A stretch of DNA of 64,000 nucleotides from Octopus sinensis (Eukaryota): positions 49,104,001 through 49,168,000 of the forward strand of contig NC_042997.1 in NCBI RefSeq assembly GCF_006345805.1, written 5' to 3'. The notes under the pieces were generated by a model. It worked only from the letters and a program-made list of their open reading frames with translations, searched no databases and had not been told where the DNA came from. This document shows positions 50,662 to 61,774 of this stretch, piece by piece. How positions within the stretch are numbered: position 1 is the first letter of the stretch; each line of letters opens with the position of its first letter. Made by a program: the position numbers and the translations under genes.

Positions 50662-51815
50662 CAATTAGTTACTTGCTAACAACTACAGAAATTATTATTA
50701 GTCACACATTTAAATATACCTGATACCAAAGTAAAATATAATTAAGAGACTAATAAACTTAGAAGCTGTAGATGATACCTATCTGCAGTAGAAATATAAA
50801 CAGCAGACCATTAGAAAAATCAAACCTCAAAGATTTACCCAAAAACTAACTAGCAAGATTTGTAAGATTTTGGGGAGCACTGATCCTTACTAATAAAGTT
50901 AGGTGTATAATACAATCAATAGAGTAAAGAATGTGTACAGATATAAAAGCTAGAGTGGAATGCTGGACACATATACGGACTAAATACAGTTGTAGTTTCA
51001 TATACAACAGATTTGAGTAACACAACTATCATGATTTTATATAACTACTGTTTCAATAGCAAATTAAAATGTTTAAATTGATAGGTGGGCCAAGATGATA
51101 AGGTAGCAGGCATTCAAACTATTGGTTGATGTTTGTGTTCTACGCTGCTTCTGCAATTAACCCTTTAGCATTTAAACCAGCTATATCTGGCCAAAATATT
51201 CAAACTGGCCAGATCTAATCTATTTCTTTACTACCTACAAGGGGCTAAACACAGAGAGGACAAACAAGGACAGACAAACGGATTAAGTCGATTATATCGA
51301 CCCCAGTGCATAACTGGTACTTGATTTATCGACCCTGAAAGAGATGAAAGGCAAAGTCGACCTCGGCAGAATTTGAACTCAGAACGTAATGGCAGATGAC
51401 ATACCACTAAGCATTTCGCCCGGCATGCTAACGATTCTTCTAGCTCTCTGCCCTAATCTGTCACACCTACCCTACACTGTCATTCTAAAAATAGATGAGC
51501 ACATCATCAAATTCTCAAAGCCATAAAATAAGGCATAATTAATTCAAAACAATGTGAATAAATAAGCATTGCATTTGACAAGAATAACCTGAATACTAAC
51601 GAGTTAAAACAATTTTATGCATCAATTAAAAAGACTGATATAATTATCTACTTCAAATGAAAGGAATACTGAACAGGAGCACTGTAAACTTAACAAGAGT
51701 ACTTCAATAGGTTGCCATACCAAGTCCAACACAGCCCCAAAGCAGAGCATCATTCTTCAGATGGAGGGTTCAGGAGTGACCCAGCAAGTTACTGCTGCAG
51801 AAATAATGTCAAAAG

Positions 51816-52046
51816 GTGGTGAGCCGGCAGAAACATTAACATGCTAGGCGAAATGCTTAGCAGTTTTTCGCCCGTCGCTATGTTCTGAGTTCAAATTCTG
51901 CCGACGTCGACTTTGCCTTTCATCCTTTCAGGGTCGATTAAATACGTACTAGTTACGTACTGGAGTCGATGTAATCGACTTAATCCCTTTGTCTGTCCTT
52001 GTTTGTCCCCTCTATGTTTAGCCCCTTGTGGGCAATAAAGAAATAA
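51816..52046 (+). mobile_element. SINE family C with 16-bp TSD (minus-strand copies ~8130-8361, 12445-12630, 43970-44160, 51221-51453)
   Basis: Core GTCGACTTTGCCTTTCATCCTTTC.GGGTCGAT; TSD GAAATAATGTCAAAAG at 51800-51815 and 52047-52062. Confidence 0.85.
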
Positions 52047-52844
52047 GAAATAATGTCAAAAGAAATTTTGTCAGGGTTGTATGTTCCACAAAGTGTTTGG
52101 CGAGGAAGATAGAACGGAAACATAAAATAAATTGCAGGACACTTGCTGCTAAGTTACATCTGTTGAATATTAACCAAAACTGATTGTATTTAAATGACCT
52201 AGCTTTACATTACACGCATATTTAACAGCTGTTTCCCAACAAAGAAACTTAGTAATTAAAACTTGTTTTATCATTAACTGTACGAAGGTCCTTTAATTTG
52301 GTAATAAACAAACTATAATTCAAAATATTCAGGTTTATAGTTTGTATTTTCTTTAAATGTAAAGATTTTAAAGTATTTTTTGAATTGTTGAGTATAAAAT
52401 TATTTTAGAATATAGAATACAGTGTTACTCTTAGAGAATAAAATCAGCCTAAGCTTATCCTAAGTTCTTTACTGATAAATGCAATGGGAAATTGCTAAAG
52501 GTAAAAATGAAAACTGAATCAGAGAAAGATTTCATTTTGCCAGCAACCATTGTCTACTCTATCAGTTCATAAAGAACAAATTACTATTCTATATAGTAGA
52601 GGAAGAAATAGTCTACAGACTCAAGTTTATTACAAGTGTCTGTGTTAACAATTATAGAGAGATGAAAAGAAAAGGCAAGTACGATAAACAAACTGCCTGT
52701 CCATCCACTATCTGTGCATATCCATCCAATCCTATCTATCTATCTAATGTCAATATATATATATATATATATATAGTGGTCAGTCATTGCAAGATATGTT
52801 TAGTGTTGTATACGAGGTTTGAACTTAAGTTCCATTGTTTGTCT

Positions 52845-55800
52845 ATGAATACTGCCAAACGCGAGTTTTCTTTTCAGGTACATGACGCTATTAGGACCAA
52901 TGCCACTTCCACCCCCACCCACAGCCTCAGGGTTGGCACCCTCAACGTCGGCACACTGAAAGGCAGATCTGGCGAGATAGTTGAATTGCTTGAACGGAGG
53001 TGGGTTGATATATGCTGCATTCAAGAAGTGAGGTGGAGAGGAGGTTCTGCTAGGTTCCTCACAGGCAAAGGACAGAGGTACAAGATTTTCTGGGCTGGGA
53101 ATACTGACGGAGTCGGGGGTGTGGGCATGCTTATCGCCGAAAAATGGGGAGATAAGGTAATCGAGGTAGTCAGAGTAAGTGACAGAATAATTAAGATTAG
53201 ATTAGTGCTCCACCATAGTTTAGCAACTATTATATCGGCCTATGCCCCTCAGCCAGGGCTACCTGATGGACAGAAAGACTGTTTCTATGACACCCTACTG
53301 CAGACCACATCATTGACGAACGACAGGGACCTTCTCTTTGTGGCTGGTGACTTCAATGGGCATGTTGGACGACGTGCTGGGGGCTTCCATGGCGTACATG
53401 GAGGCTACGGTTATGGTTCCCGCAACGAGGAGGGAACCAGGCTGCTGGAGTTCTGCGATGCGAATAGTCTTATGATTTGCAACACTAACTTCAGGAAACC
53501 GACAAGCCACCTGGTCACCTACCGATCGGGCCGGCATACTAGCCAAATCGACTACATCCTTGCCAGAAAAAGGGAAAGATGGCTGCTTATAAATGCCAAA
53601 ACCTTCCCAGGTGAAGAATGCACCCCACAACATAGACTGGTAGTTAGTGACTTTAGGATCAGGACAAAGAGGGCGACTAGAAGACGACCAACATGGAGAA
53701 GAAGGGTCTGGAAGCTTAAAGACCCTGCGAATGGACAGAGATTTAGAGATATGTTATTTGAAGCCTTAGACGAAATGGAAGGGAGTATAGCTACGCATGG
53801 GGTAGAAGACAACTGGACGCTTCTGAGGGACAACCTGCTGAAAGCCGCTGACCAGATCTGTGGCTGGTGCAAAGTCCCCTTAAGACCCAAAATAACGTGG
53901 TGGTGGAACAATATTGTTGACAGGGCTATTAGACAAAAGAAACAGGCTTGGAAGGCCTGGAAGAACGGTGGTAGCAGGGAAGTGTATCAGTCTGCCAGAA
54001 GGGAAGCCAGGAGACAGGTCTATCTAGCCAGAGGGGAGGCAGATAAGGAAAAATTTGCCAATGTCCTGCGTCGTGAGGATGAAAGACTTGAGGTATTTCG
54101 TGTTGCAAGACAGTGTGTGAGAGAGAATCGTGACGTGGTAGGAGAGAAATGTGTTCGCATGGAGGATGGTTCACTTGCGTTAAATGAGGATGCAAAGAGA
54201 GAAGCTTGGAGACGCCACTATGAAAGGTTGCTGAATGAGGAAAATGAATGGGATAAAGAGAGTCTGCCGAATGTCGACCCAACAGAGGGACCAGCAATCC
54301 GAGTTAACAGTTCCTTAGTAGATAAGGCAATTAGAAGCATGAAAACAGGGAAAGCCCCAGGCCCATCAGGAATTACTGCAGAGATGCTCAAAATATCTGG
54401 TGGTGTCGGCTATAGCTTAGTCACCCGTATAGTTAACCAGGTGATACACGAGGGGGTCATACCCAATGACTGGTGTAGCAGCATAATAGTCAACTGCTAC
54501 AAAGGTAAAGGCGACGCCCTAGAGACAAATAACTACAGGGGCATCAAGCTGCTGGATCAGGTAATGAAGGTTACGGAGAGGGTTGTAGCCCAACTAATTA
54601 GAGAGAGAGTTACCTTAGATGATATGCAGTTTGGGTTCGTGCCAGGGAAAAGTACTACTGATGCTATATTCCTGGTAAGACAGCTGCAGGAGAAATACCT
54701 AGCCAAAGATAAGCCCTTGTACCTGGCTTTTGTTGACTTGGAGAAAGCCTTTGACAGGGTCCCCCGGTCCCTTATCTGGTGGTCAATGAGGAAACTAGGG
54801 ATAGAAGAATGGTTGGTGAGAGCTGTTCAAGCCATGTACAGAGACGCTGCTAGTAAGGTGAGGGTTGGCAACGAGTACAGTGAAGAATTCCGGGTAGAGG
54901 TTGGGGTCCACCAAGGTTCAGTCCTCAGTCCCCTCCTATTTATCATAGTCCTCCAGGCAATAACGGAGGAATTCAAGACAGGTTGCCCCTGGGAGCTCCT
55001 CTATGCTGATGACCTTGCTCTAATTGCTGAGTCACTATCAGAACTGGAGGAGAAGTTTCAGGTGTGGAAACAAGGATTAGAATCGAAGGGCCTTAGAATC
55101 AACCTAGCCAAAACCAAAGTTCTAATAAGTAGGAAGGTAGATCAATCACAAACACCTTCAGGTAGATGGCCCTGCTCGATCTGTAAAAAAGGTGTAGGTA
55201 GAAACTCTATAAGATGCACCAAGTGTAAGCTATGGACACATAAGAGGTGCAGCAATGTCAAAGGAAGGCTAACTAGGAAAATAGTTTTTGTCTGTGGCAA
55301 ATGCTCAGGAGCAATAAACACTGGAAATATGCAGAGACCAACTTCTGCCACGTTCCAGGGAGACAAACTAGAAGTAGTTGATAGCTTCCGCTACCTAGGA
55401 GACCAAGTCAGTAGCGGGGGTGGGTGTGCTGAAAGTGTAACTGCTAGAGTAAGAATAGCCTGGGCAAAGTTTAGAGAGCTCTTACCCCTGCTGGTGACAA
55501 AAGGCCTCTCGCTCAGAGTAAAAGGCAGACTGTATGATGCATGTGTACGTACAGCCATGCTACATGGTAGTGAAACATGGGCCGTGACTGCTGAGGATAT
55601 GCGTAAGCTCGCAAGAAATGAAGCCAGTATGCTCCGATGGATGTGTAATGTCAGTGTTCATAATCGTCAGAGTGTAAGTTCCTTGAGAGAAAAGTTGAAC
55701 CTAAGAAGCGTCAGTTGTGGCGTGCAAGAGAGACGGCTGCGCTGGTATGGTCATGTGACAAGAAAGGCTGAAGATAGTTGTGTGCAAAAGTGCTACACCC

Positions 55801-55955
55801 TAGCAGTGGAGGGAACCTGTGGAAGAGGTAGACCCAGGAAAACCTGGGACGAGGTGGTGAAGCACGACCTTCGAACTTTAGGTCTCACTAAGGAAATGTC
55901 TAGAGACCGAGACCTATGGAAGTATGCTGTGCATGAGAAGACCCGGCAAGACTAG
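52845..55955 (+). CDS. RTE ORF: AP endonuclease + reverse transcriptase + PHD-like zinc finger; true start uncertain
   Basis: LRVGTLNVGTL, CIQEVRW, AGDFNGHVG, SQIDYIL; NYRGIKLL, FVDLEKAFD, GVHQGSVLSPLLF, YADDL; C4HC3 pattern at 55173-55304. Confidence 0.92.
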   Translation: MNTAKREFSFQVHDAIRTNATSTPTHSLRVGTLNVGTLKGRSGEIVELLERRWVDICCIQEVRWRGGSARFLTGKGQRYKIFWAGNTDGVGGVGMLIAEKWGDKVIEVVRVSDRIIKIRLVLHHSLATIISAYAPQPGLPDGQKDCFYDTLLQTTSLTNDRDLLFVAGDFNGHVGRRAGGFHGVHGGYGYGSRNEEGTRLLEFCDANSLMICNTNFRKPTSHLVTYRSGRHTSQIDYILARKRERWLLINAKTFPGEECTPQHRLVVSDFRIRTKRATRRRPTWRRRVWKLKDPANGQRFRDMLFEALDEMEGSIATHGVEDNWTLLRDNLLKAADQICGWCKVPLRPKITWWWNNIVDRAIRQKKQAWKAWKNGGSREVYQSARREARRQVYLARGEADKEKFANVLRREDERLEVFRVARQCVRENRDVVGEKCVRMEDGSLALNEDAKREAWRRHYERLLNEENEWDKESLPNVDPTEGPAIRVNSSLVDKAIRSMKTGKAPGPSGITAEMLKISGGVGYSLVTRIVNQVIHEGVIPNDWCSSIIVNCYKGKGDALETNNYRGIKLLDQVMKVTERVVAQLIRERVTLDDMQFGFVPGKSTTDAIFLVRQLQEKYLAKDKPLYLAFVDLEKAFDRVPRSLIWWSMRKLGIEEWLVRAVQAMYRDAASKVRVGNEYSEEFRVEVGVHQGSVLSPLLFIIVLQAITEEFKTGCPWELLYADDLALIAESLSELEEKFQVWKQGLESKGLRINLAKTKVLISRKVDQSQTPSGRWPCSICKKGVGRNSIRCTKCKLWTHKRCSNVKGRLTRKIVFVCGKCSGAINTGNMQRPTSATFQGDKLEVVDSFRYLGDQVSSGGGCAESVTARVRIAWAKFRELLPLLVTKGLSLRVKGRLYDACVRTAMLHGSETWAVTAEDMRKLARNEASMLRWMCNVSVHNRQSVSSLREKLNLRSVSCGVQERRLRWYGHVTRKAEDSCVQKCYTLAVEGTCGRGRPRKTWDEVVKHDLRTLGLTKEMSRDRDLWKYAVHEKTRQD

Positions 55956-57625
55956 TCAGGCCATAACCCGTGGCCCCGACCGGGGACGTAGTCAGTCCTG
56001 TGCATACCTTCCTTCTTGTGACACTTATGAAGACCTGTTGAGGCAAGTGAAAATCAAATCAAATCAAAACAAATCAAAATAGATGAACATCAGTGGAATT
56101 GTATTCTTCGTGGTACCAGTGCCGGTGGCACACAAGAAAACCACCCAAACGTGGCCGTAACCAGTACCGCATCGACTGGCCTCCGTGCTGTGGGCACAAC
56201 ACACACCATCCGATCGTGGCCGTTCGCCAGCCTCATCTGGCACCTGTGCCGGTGGCACATAAAGACACCATCCGAAGACCCGGCGACGTAGTCAGTCCAC
56301 CTGTGCATACCTTCCCTCTTATGACACTTGTGAAGACCTGTTGAGGCAAGTGTGTGACACTTGTGAAGACCTGTTGAGGCAGAGGCAAGTGTGTGACACT
56401 TGTGGAGACCTGTTGAGGCAAGTGTGTGACCCTTGTGAAGACCTGTTGAGGCAAGTGAAAATCAAACCAAATCAAAATAGATGAATATCAATGGAATTTG
56501 TATCTTTGTGGTTCCAGTACCGGTGGCACACAAGAAAACCATCCGAACGTGGCCGTCGACTGGCCTCCGTGCTGTGGGCACAACAAACACCATCTGATCG
56601 TGGCCGTTCGCCAGCCTCACCTGGCACCTGTGTCGGTGGCACATAAAAACACCACCACCATCCAAAGACCCGGCGACGTAGTCAGTCCACCTGTGCTTAC
56701 CTTCCCTCTTATGACACTTGTGAAGACCTGTTGAGGCAGAGGCAAGTGTGTGACACTTTGTGAAGACCTGTTGAGGCAGAGGCAAGTGTGTGACACTTGT
56801 GGAGACCTGTTGAGGCAAGTGTGTGACACGCGTGACACTTGTGAAGACCTGTTGAGGCAAGTGAAATCAAACCAAATCAAAATAGATGAACATCAATGGA
56901 ATTTGTATATTTGTGGTTCCAGTACCGGTGGCACACAAGAAAACCATCCGATCGTGGCCGTTCGCCAGCCACATCTGGCACCTGTGTCGGTGGCACATAA
57001 AGACACCATCCGAAGACCCGGCGACGTAGACAGTCCACCTATGCATACCTTCCTTCTTGTGACACTTGTGAAGACCTGTTGAGGCAAGTGAAAATCAAAT
57101 CAAATCAAATCAAATCAAATCAAATCAAAACAAATCAAAATAGATGAACATAAATGGAATTTGTATCTTTGTGGTACCAGTGCCGGTGGCACACAAGAAA
57201 ATCATCCGAACGTGGCCGTAGCCAGTACCGCATAGACTGGCCTCCGTGCTTTGGGGACGTAACAAACACCATCCGATCGTGGCCGTCCGCCAGCCTCATC
57301 TGGCACCTGTGTCGGTGGCACATAAAAACACCATCCGAGCGTGGCCGTCTGCCAGCCTCGTCTGGCACCTGTGTCGGTGGCACATAAAAACACCATCCGA
57401 GCGTGGCCGTTCGCCAGCCTCGTCTGGCACCTGTGTCGGTGGCACATAAAATCACCCACTACACTCTCGGAGTGGTTGGCGTTAGGAAGGGCATCCAGCT
57501 GTAGAAACACTGCCAGATCTGACTGGCCTGGTGCAGCCTTCGGGCTCCCCAGACCCCAGTTGAACCGTCCAACCCATGCTAGCATGGAAAACGGACGCTA
57601 AATGATGATGATGATGATGATGATG
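52852..57625 (+). mobile_element. RTE-clade LINE, near full length, intact ORF, long repetitive 3' UTR, (GAT)n tail
   Basis: APE endonuclease and RT motifs in one uninterrupted ORF; 3' end CATGCTAGCATGGAAAACGGACGCTAAA(TGA)n; possible 7-bp TSD ATGAATA at 52845-52851 and 57626-57632. Confidence 0.93.
55977..57440 (+). repeat. Nested tandem repeats in the RTE 3' UTR
   Basis: Four ~300-420-bp modules starting near 55977, 56277, 56667 and 57016, with ~30-37-bp, (CAAAT)n and ~62-bp sub-repeats. Confidence 0.9.
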
Positions 57626-60503
57626 ATGAATAGCCTTCGCGCAAACCACTGGTTCGTTTTGTTCTCTTACTTTATTATCATCTTATAATCATCTCATAAT
57701 AATGACCTTTATGACTCGTATTACTGCCTCAGTCAATCTAAATGTATATATTTGTCGTTACCTGTCATAAATAGCCTTTTTCTATTTGCAATATGCATTT
57801 TCGTTGATTTTTCATATTTTACCCTTACATTTCCACGTGTATTTTATATTTTCTTTTCGTAACATATTTCTACTATATATATATATATATATACATATAT
57901 CAAATATAAATATATCAAATACACTTATCAAGTATTCACTCTAAATTTACAGTACCTATATATATATATATATTTAGTCACAAATAACAGTTTCATAACT
58001 TAAAACATGTATCCTACAATATATTCTACATGTTTTGTAGAATGATACATTAAGGACCTTTTTTTTTATGAGTACACACACACCCACCCACCCATATATA
58101 CACTAATTTACCATTGAGTATAATAAGGATTTCTAATGTTGACACAAAGTCATTTTGAGAAAGGGAATAGTCAATTTATTGGTCCTATTATTTAACTGGT
58201 GAGATTCTTGTGAACCCTGAAGGATAATAAATGAAATTAAACTTGGCAGAATTTGAAACTACGATGTATAATACAGAAATCTAGGCAGCTTAAGGTCATA
58301 GGATTAGTGTAGATTAAGTGGATAACAGCTCTAGAATTAGGAGTAGTAAGAGTATAAGAAGTAGAGACAAAGCAAAAATTCTGGGTTGAACTGGTCTTTA
58401 CATATGAAAGAAATTAAATAAGATTTTATTTTTTTAAATAATAAGACAGAGGCCATGTTTGTCAGATGGAATACAAACAAGAATATGAGATTCACATTTG
58501 AAACAGGCAAACTTTGTTGGCCATGTGTTGTTAATATGTTGATTTATAGGGTCTTTAATATGGAAACTGGGATTCCAATGACGGATACAAAAGGACCCTT
58601 TATACATTAATCGATGTTGTGATAGTTTTCTGAAACAGAAAACTCAAGTCTTTCTTGTTGATTTTGTTTGTTTGTTTTTTGTTGGGAGGGGGAGGGGGCA
58701 AACTTCAACTGTTTTAAATTTCTTTCAAGTTATTTCAAGTCAACAAGGGAGCATCTACGAAGTCATTCAAGCTGATAGAACTAGTAACCAAATCCTCATC
58801 AAACTATTCCCTACTGTTTTAAAAAGAAAAAAAAAACATATATATTGAAAAATTCCTTTCCTAAAAAACCTTTTTATAGACAGTGAAGAATCAAAATAGA
58901 ACAACAAACACACCAACATTACCACAAGTGACTTCAACCTGTTTTCATATAAACAAGTTTTTTACCAACATTTCAAACATAATCAAACAATGGATAAATT
59001 CAAAACAAACAAAAATAATCCGTAAAGACTGTAATGGCTAGATAAGATTGATTAAATTTGTTGACAAGTGAAGAATTTCAAACATTCTTATCAAATTCTA
59101 ATAAATAATAGTCTTAAGTAGAAGAAAAAAATAAAGGATCTGGCAAGTCTTATTAGATAGAATAAAAGTTGGGAAAAAAGCCAGATTATTTACAATGCAC
59201 ATATATTTTGGAGCATGGTGCTTCAGATTAAAATCTTAAAGGTTGAATTTTGCCATGTTTCATTAGACCATCTGGAGCTGATTAAATAGATTCCGCAAAG
59301 GTTAACACTAATTACTGTGTACTAATCATGTTACGAAGCATAAATAGTATACAAAAACAATATGGCCAGAATTTGTAATTTCCTTTCTTTTTTCCCATTT
59401 TATACCTTTTAATGACTGGGTTTAGAAGAAGGGACAATGCCCCAGAACATTGTCTCTTCTAATTTACTAAATTTCTAAATTAATGAAATCAATACTTGAG
59501 CCTTTGTTAAGTCTATACCTGCTGAAAAAAATATGAGTAGAGAGAGAATTCAAGGGGACTGATGTTTTGAGAAGGAAAGACTAGGTATAGGGATTAGTTT
59601 TGGGGGAGAGATTTTCAACCCTTTCGTTACTGTATTTCTGTTGAGATGCTCTGTGTTTCTTTCAATTATTTTAAATATAACAAAGAATTTAGTAAAATAA
59701 CTTGGTTATTATTAAGCCAGTGTTAGGGACATAAATTGTGACTAAGGTTTGGTGGAAGATTTTAATTCAAAACTTGTGAAAACAAGACATTTGTACTGAG
59801 AGCCAGAGCCAGTTTCAGCTGGGTTGGTACGAATGGTTAAATACAAGGCCAAGTGGGAGAGGAATACCTGAGTGGAGTGGTGGCCACATAGAAGGAGTAG
59901 AAGCAGTGGAGTATCACAAGAATATCTCCTTTCCACCCACCTTCACAGATTTCCAGTGCAAAATACACAACCTCTTATGCAGATGGCATCAGACTCACAT
60001 CTTTCACCAGCACTCTCTGTGCACGGCTGCACACTGTAACTTTATAAATCACCAAGAACTCTTGCTCCAAAATAACAGACTTAAATAACCAAAGGACAAG
60101 GTAGAGGTTAAAAATAGCAGCCAAATCTTCCTCAAATCATGTCCACTATAGTAGTGATCGAAATTGTAGAAAGAGAGATTGGATTTTTGTGGGCCAGGGA
60201 TTGGGGTGTGTGAGTGAGCAAATTCATATAAGTTGACTAGTCATTCTTTTAAACTTTTAGTATTTAAACTGGTGACATCAAGCCAAAATATTCTGTTTTA
60301 TGTTCAGAATGGTCAGATCCAGCCTCTTACACATAACCTACAATGTCATTCTAAAGATAAGCAATCAGATTTTCAAAATCTCAAAGCTATATAGTAATGT
60401 ATGATTTATACAAACTGATGTGAATAAATAAGTAATGCATTTGACAGAGTAATCTTAATGCAAAAGGGTTAACTCAGTCTAAGACTGCAACTATAAACAA
60501 GCC

Positions 60504-60843
60504 TGAGACCCCCTTCAGTCACGACACAGACCATGGGATTGCACCTAGAAAGTTACCCTCCCAGGCACAAGTCCGAACAAGGTTGTTTATGGAAGACCAG
60601 CAGTCGCCCATGCATACCGGCCTCCCCTCTCCACGCCACCAGTGTTATTCAAGGGAAAGGCAAAGCTGATATAGCTTGGCACCTGTGACGTCGCAACTCA
60701 TTTCTACAACTGAGTGAACTGGAGCAACGTGAAATAAAGTGTCTTACTCAAGAACACAACATGCAGCCCGGTCCGGGATTCGAACTCACAACCTCACGAT
60801 CATAAGCTCAACGCTCTAACCACTGAGCCATGCACCTTCACAT
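60504..60843 (-). mobile_element. tRNA-derived SINE family D (related copies ~11665-11930, 32540-32780, 37575-37900, 49255-49510, 62933-63230)
   Basis: Head GCATGGCTCAGTGGTTAGAGCG...GAGTTCGAATCCC, then GTGTTCTTGAGTAAGACACTTTATTTCACGTTGCTCCAG. Confidence 0.8.
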
Positions 60844-61589
60844 AAACAACAGTACTGTCTAAAATATAGGATCAGTATCTGAATGCTGGCCTCCACCGAG
60901 CATTGTAGAAGGGTTGTTGTCATAGGAGTAAAGTGGGGCTTTCACCAGAGAGAGACACCCAGTTATGATGAAGCGCTACCAACTGTAACAACACTGGTTC
61001 ATATTGTTTGGGCTTCACATTTGTGGGTGGTTGTATAATAATGATTGTTTGATATGGTTTATATCAAACATTTATATCAAACTAGGAGTATCGCCCAGCG
61101 TTGCTCGGGTTTGTAAGGGAAATAACTATATAAGCATTTTTAGAGATGTAAAGTATAATAGCCATCTCAATATGGCTAACAACAAAGGTGGGGTGTTACT
61201 GTAGCTTTTTACGTTCTGAGATTTAATAATACATTTTTAGAGAGTTACTTCCCTTATATAATAGCAAAAAAATGCATTAAAAATGGAAAAAAATTATGGT
61301 ATTTTTTTTTTTAAATCGTAGACTCATCGTAGACGCGCGCTAATACCCCGAAGGGCTCAATATGAATCCCGACTATAAGATACCCGCTTTTGGTTACACT
61401 GCACCGCAAAATGTGGGAGTAGTTAGGAATCTAAATCGTAGGAGACAGACACACAACTTCCTTTTTATATATAAAGATTAGTAAAGTATTAAGTTTCAGT
61501 TCTTATAAATAGGAGCTTTCTAAAAAGAAACCGATATAGTTAGTTAATTTTTTGGCTCAAAAAGCAAAAAGTAAGGCCATGTAGGGGGA

Positions 61590-61774
61590 CATGGAGTTAT
61601 GTACAGGGTGGTGTTCATGTAAAGAGTTCAGGCCACTTGTGGTCAAGGGAGACTTTGAACCAAGCGGTCGTTGGCATCTTCACCATCTCGTCCGGCAGCT
61701 TATTCCACGGATCCGCAACCTGGACAGAGAAAGCCCCTCTCCTTCGATTGAGATGTCAGAGTTTTACCTTGACA
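61590..61774 (-). mobile_element. CR1-like 3' fragment
   Basis: Minus-strand translation RRGAFSVQVADPWNKLPDEMV...FKVSLDHKWPELF. Confidence 0.7.

Noticed and set aside
52662-52844. N-terminal 61 aa of the 1097-aa ORF as part of the RTE protein
   Set aside because: It runs through a (TA)n tract and flanking DNA upstream of the putative TSD, so it is a chance open extension.
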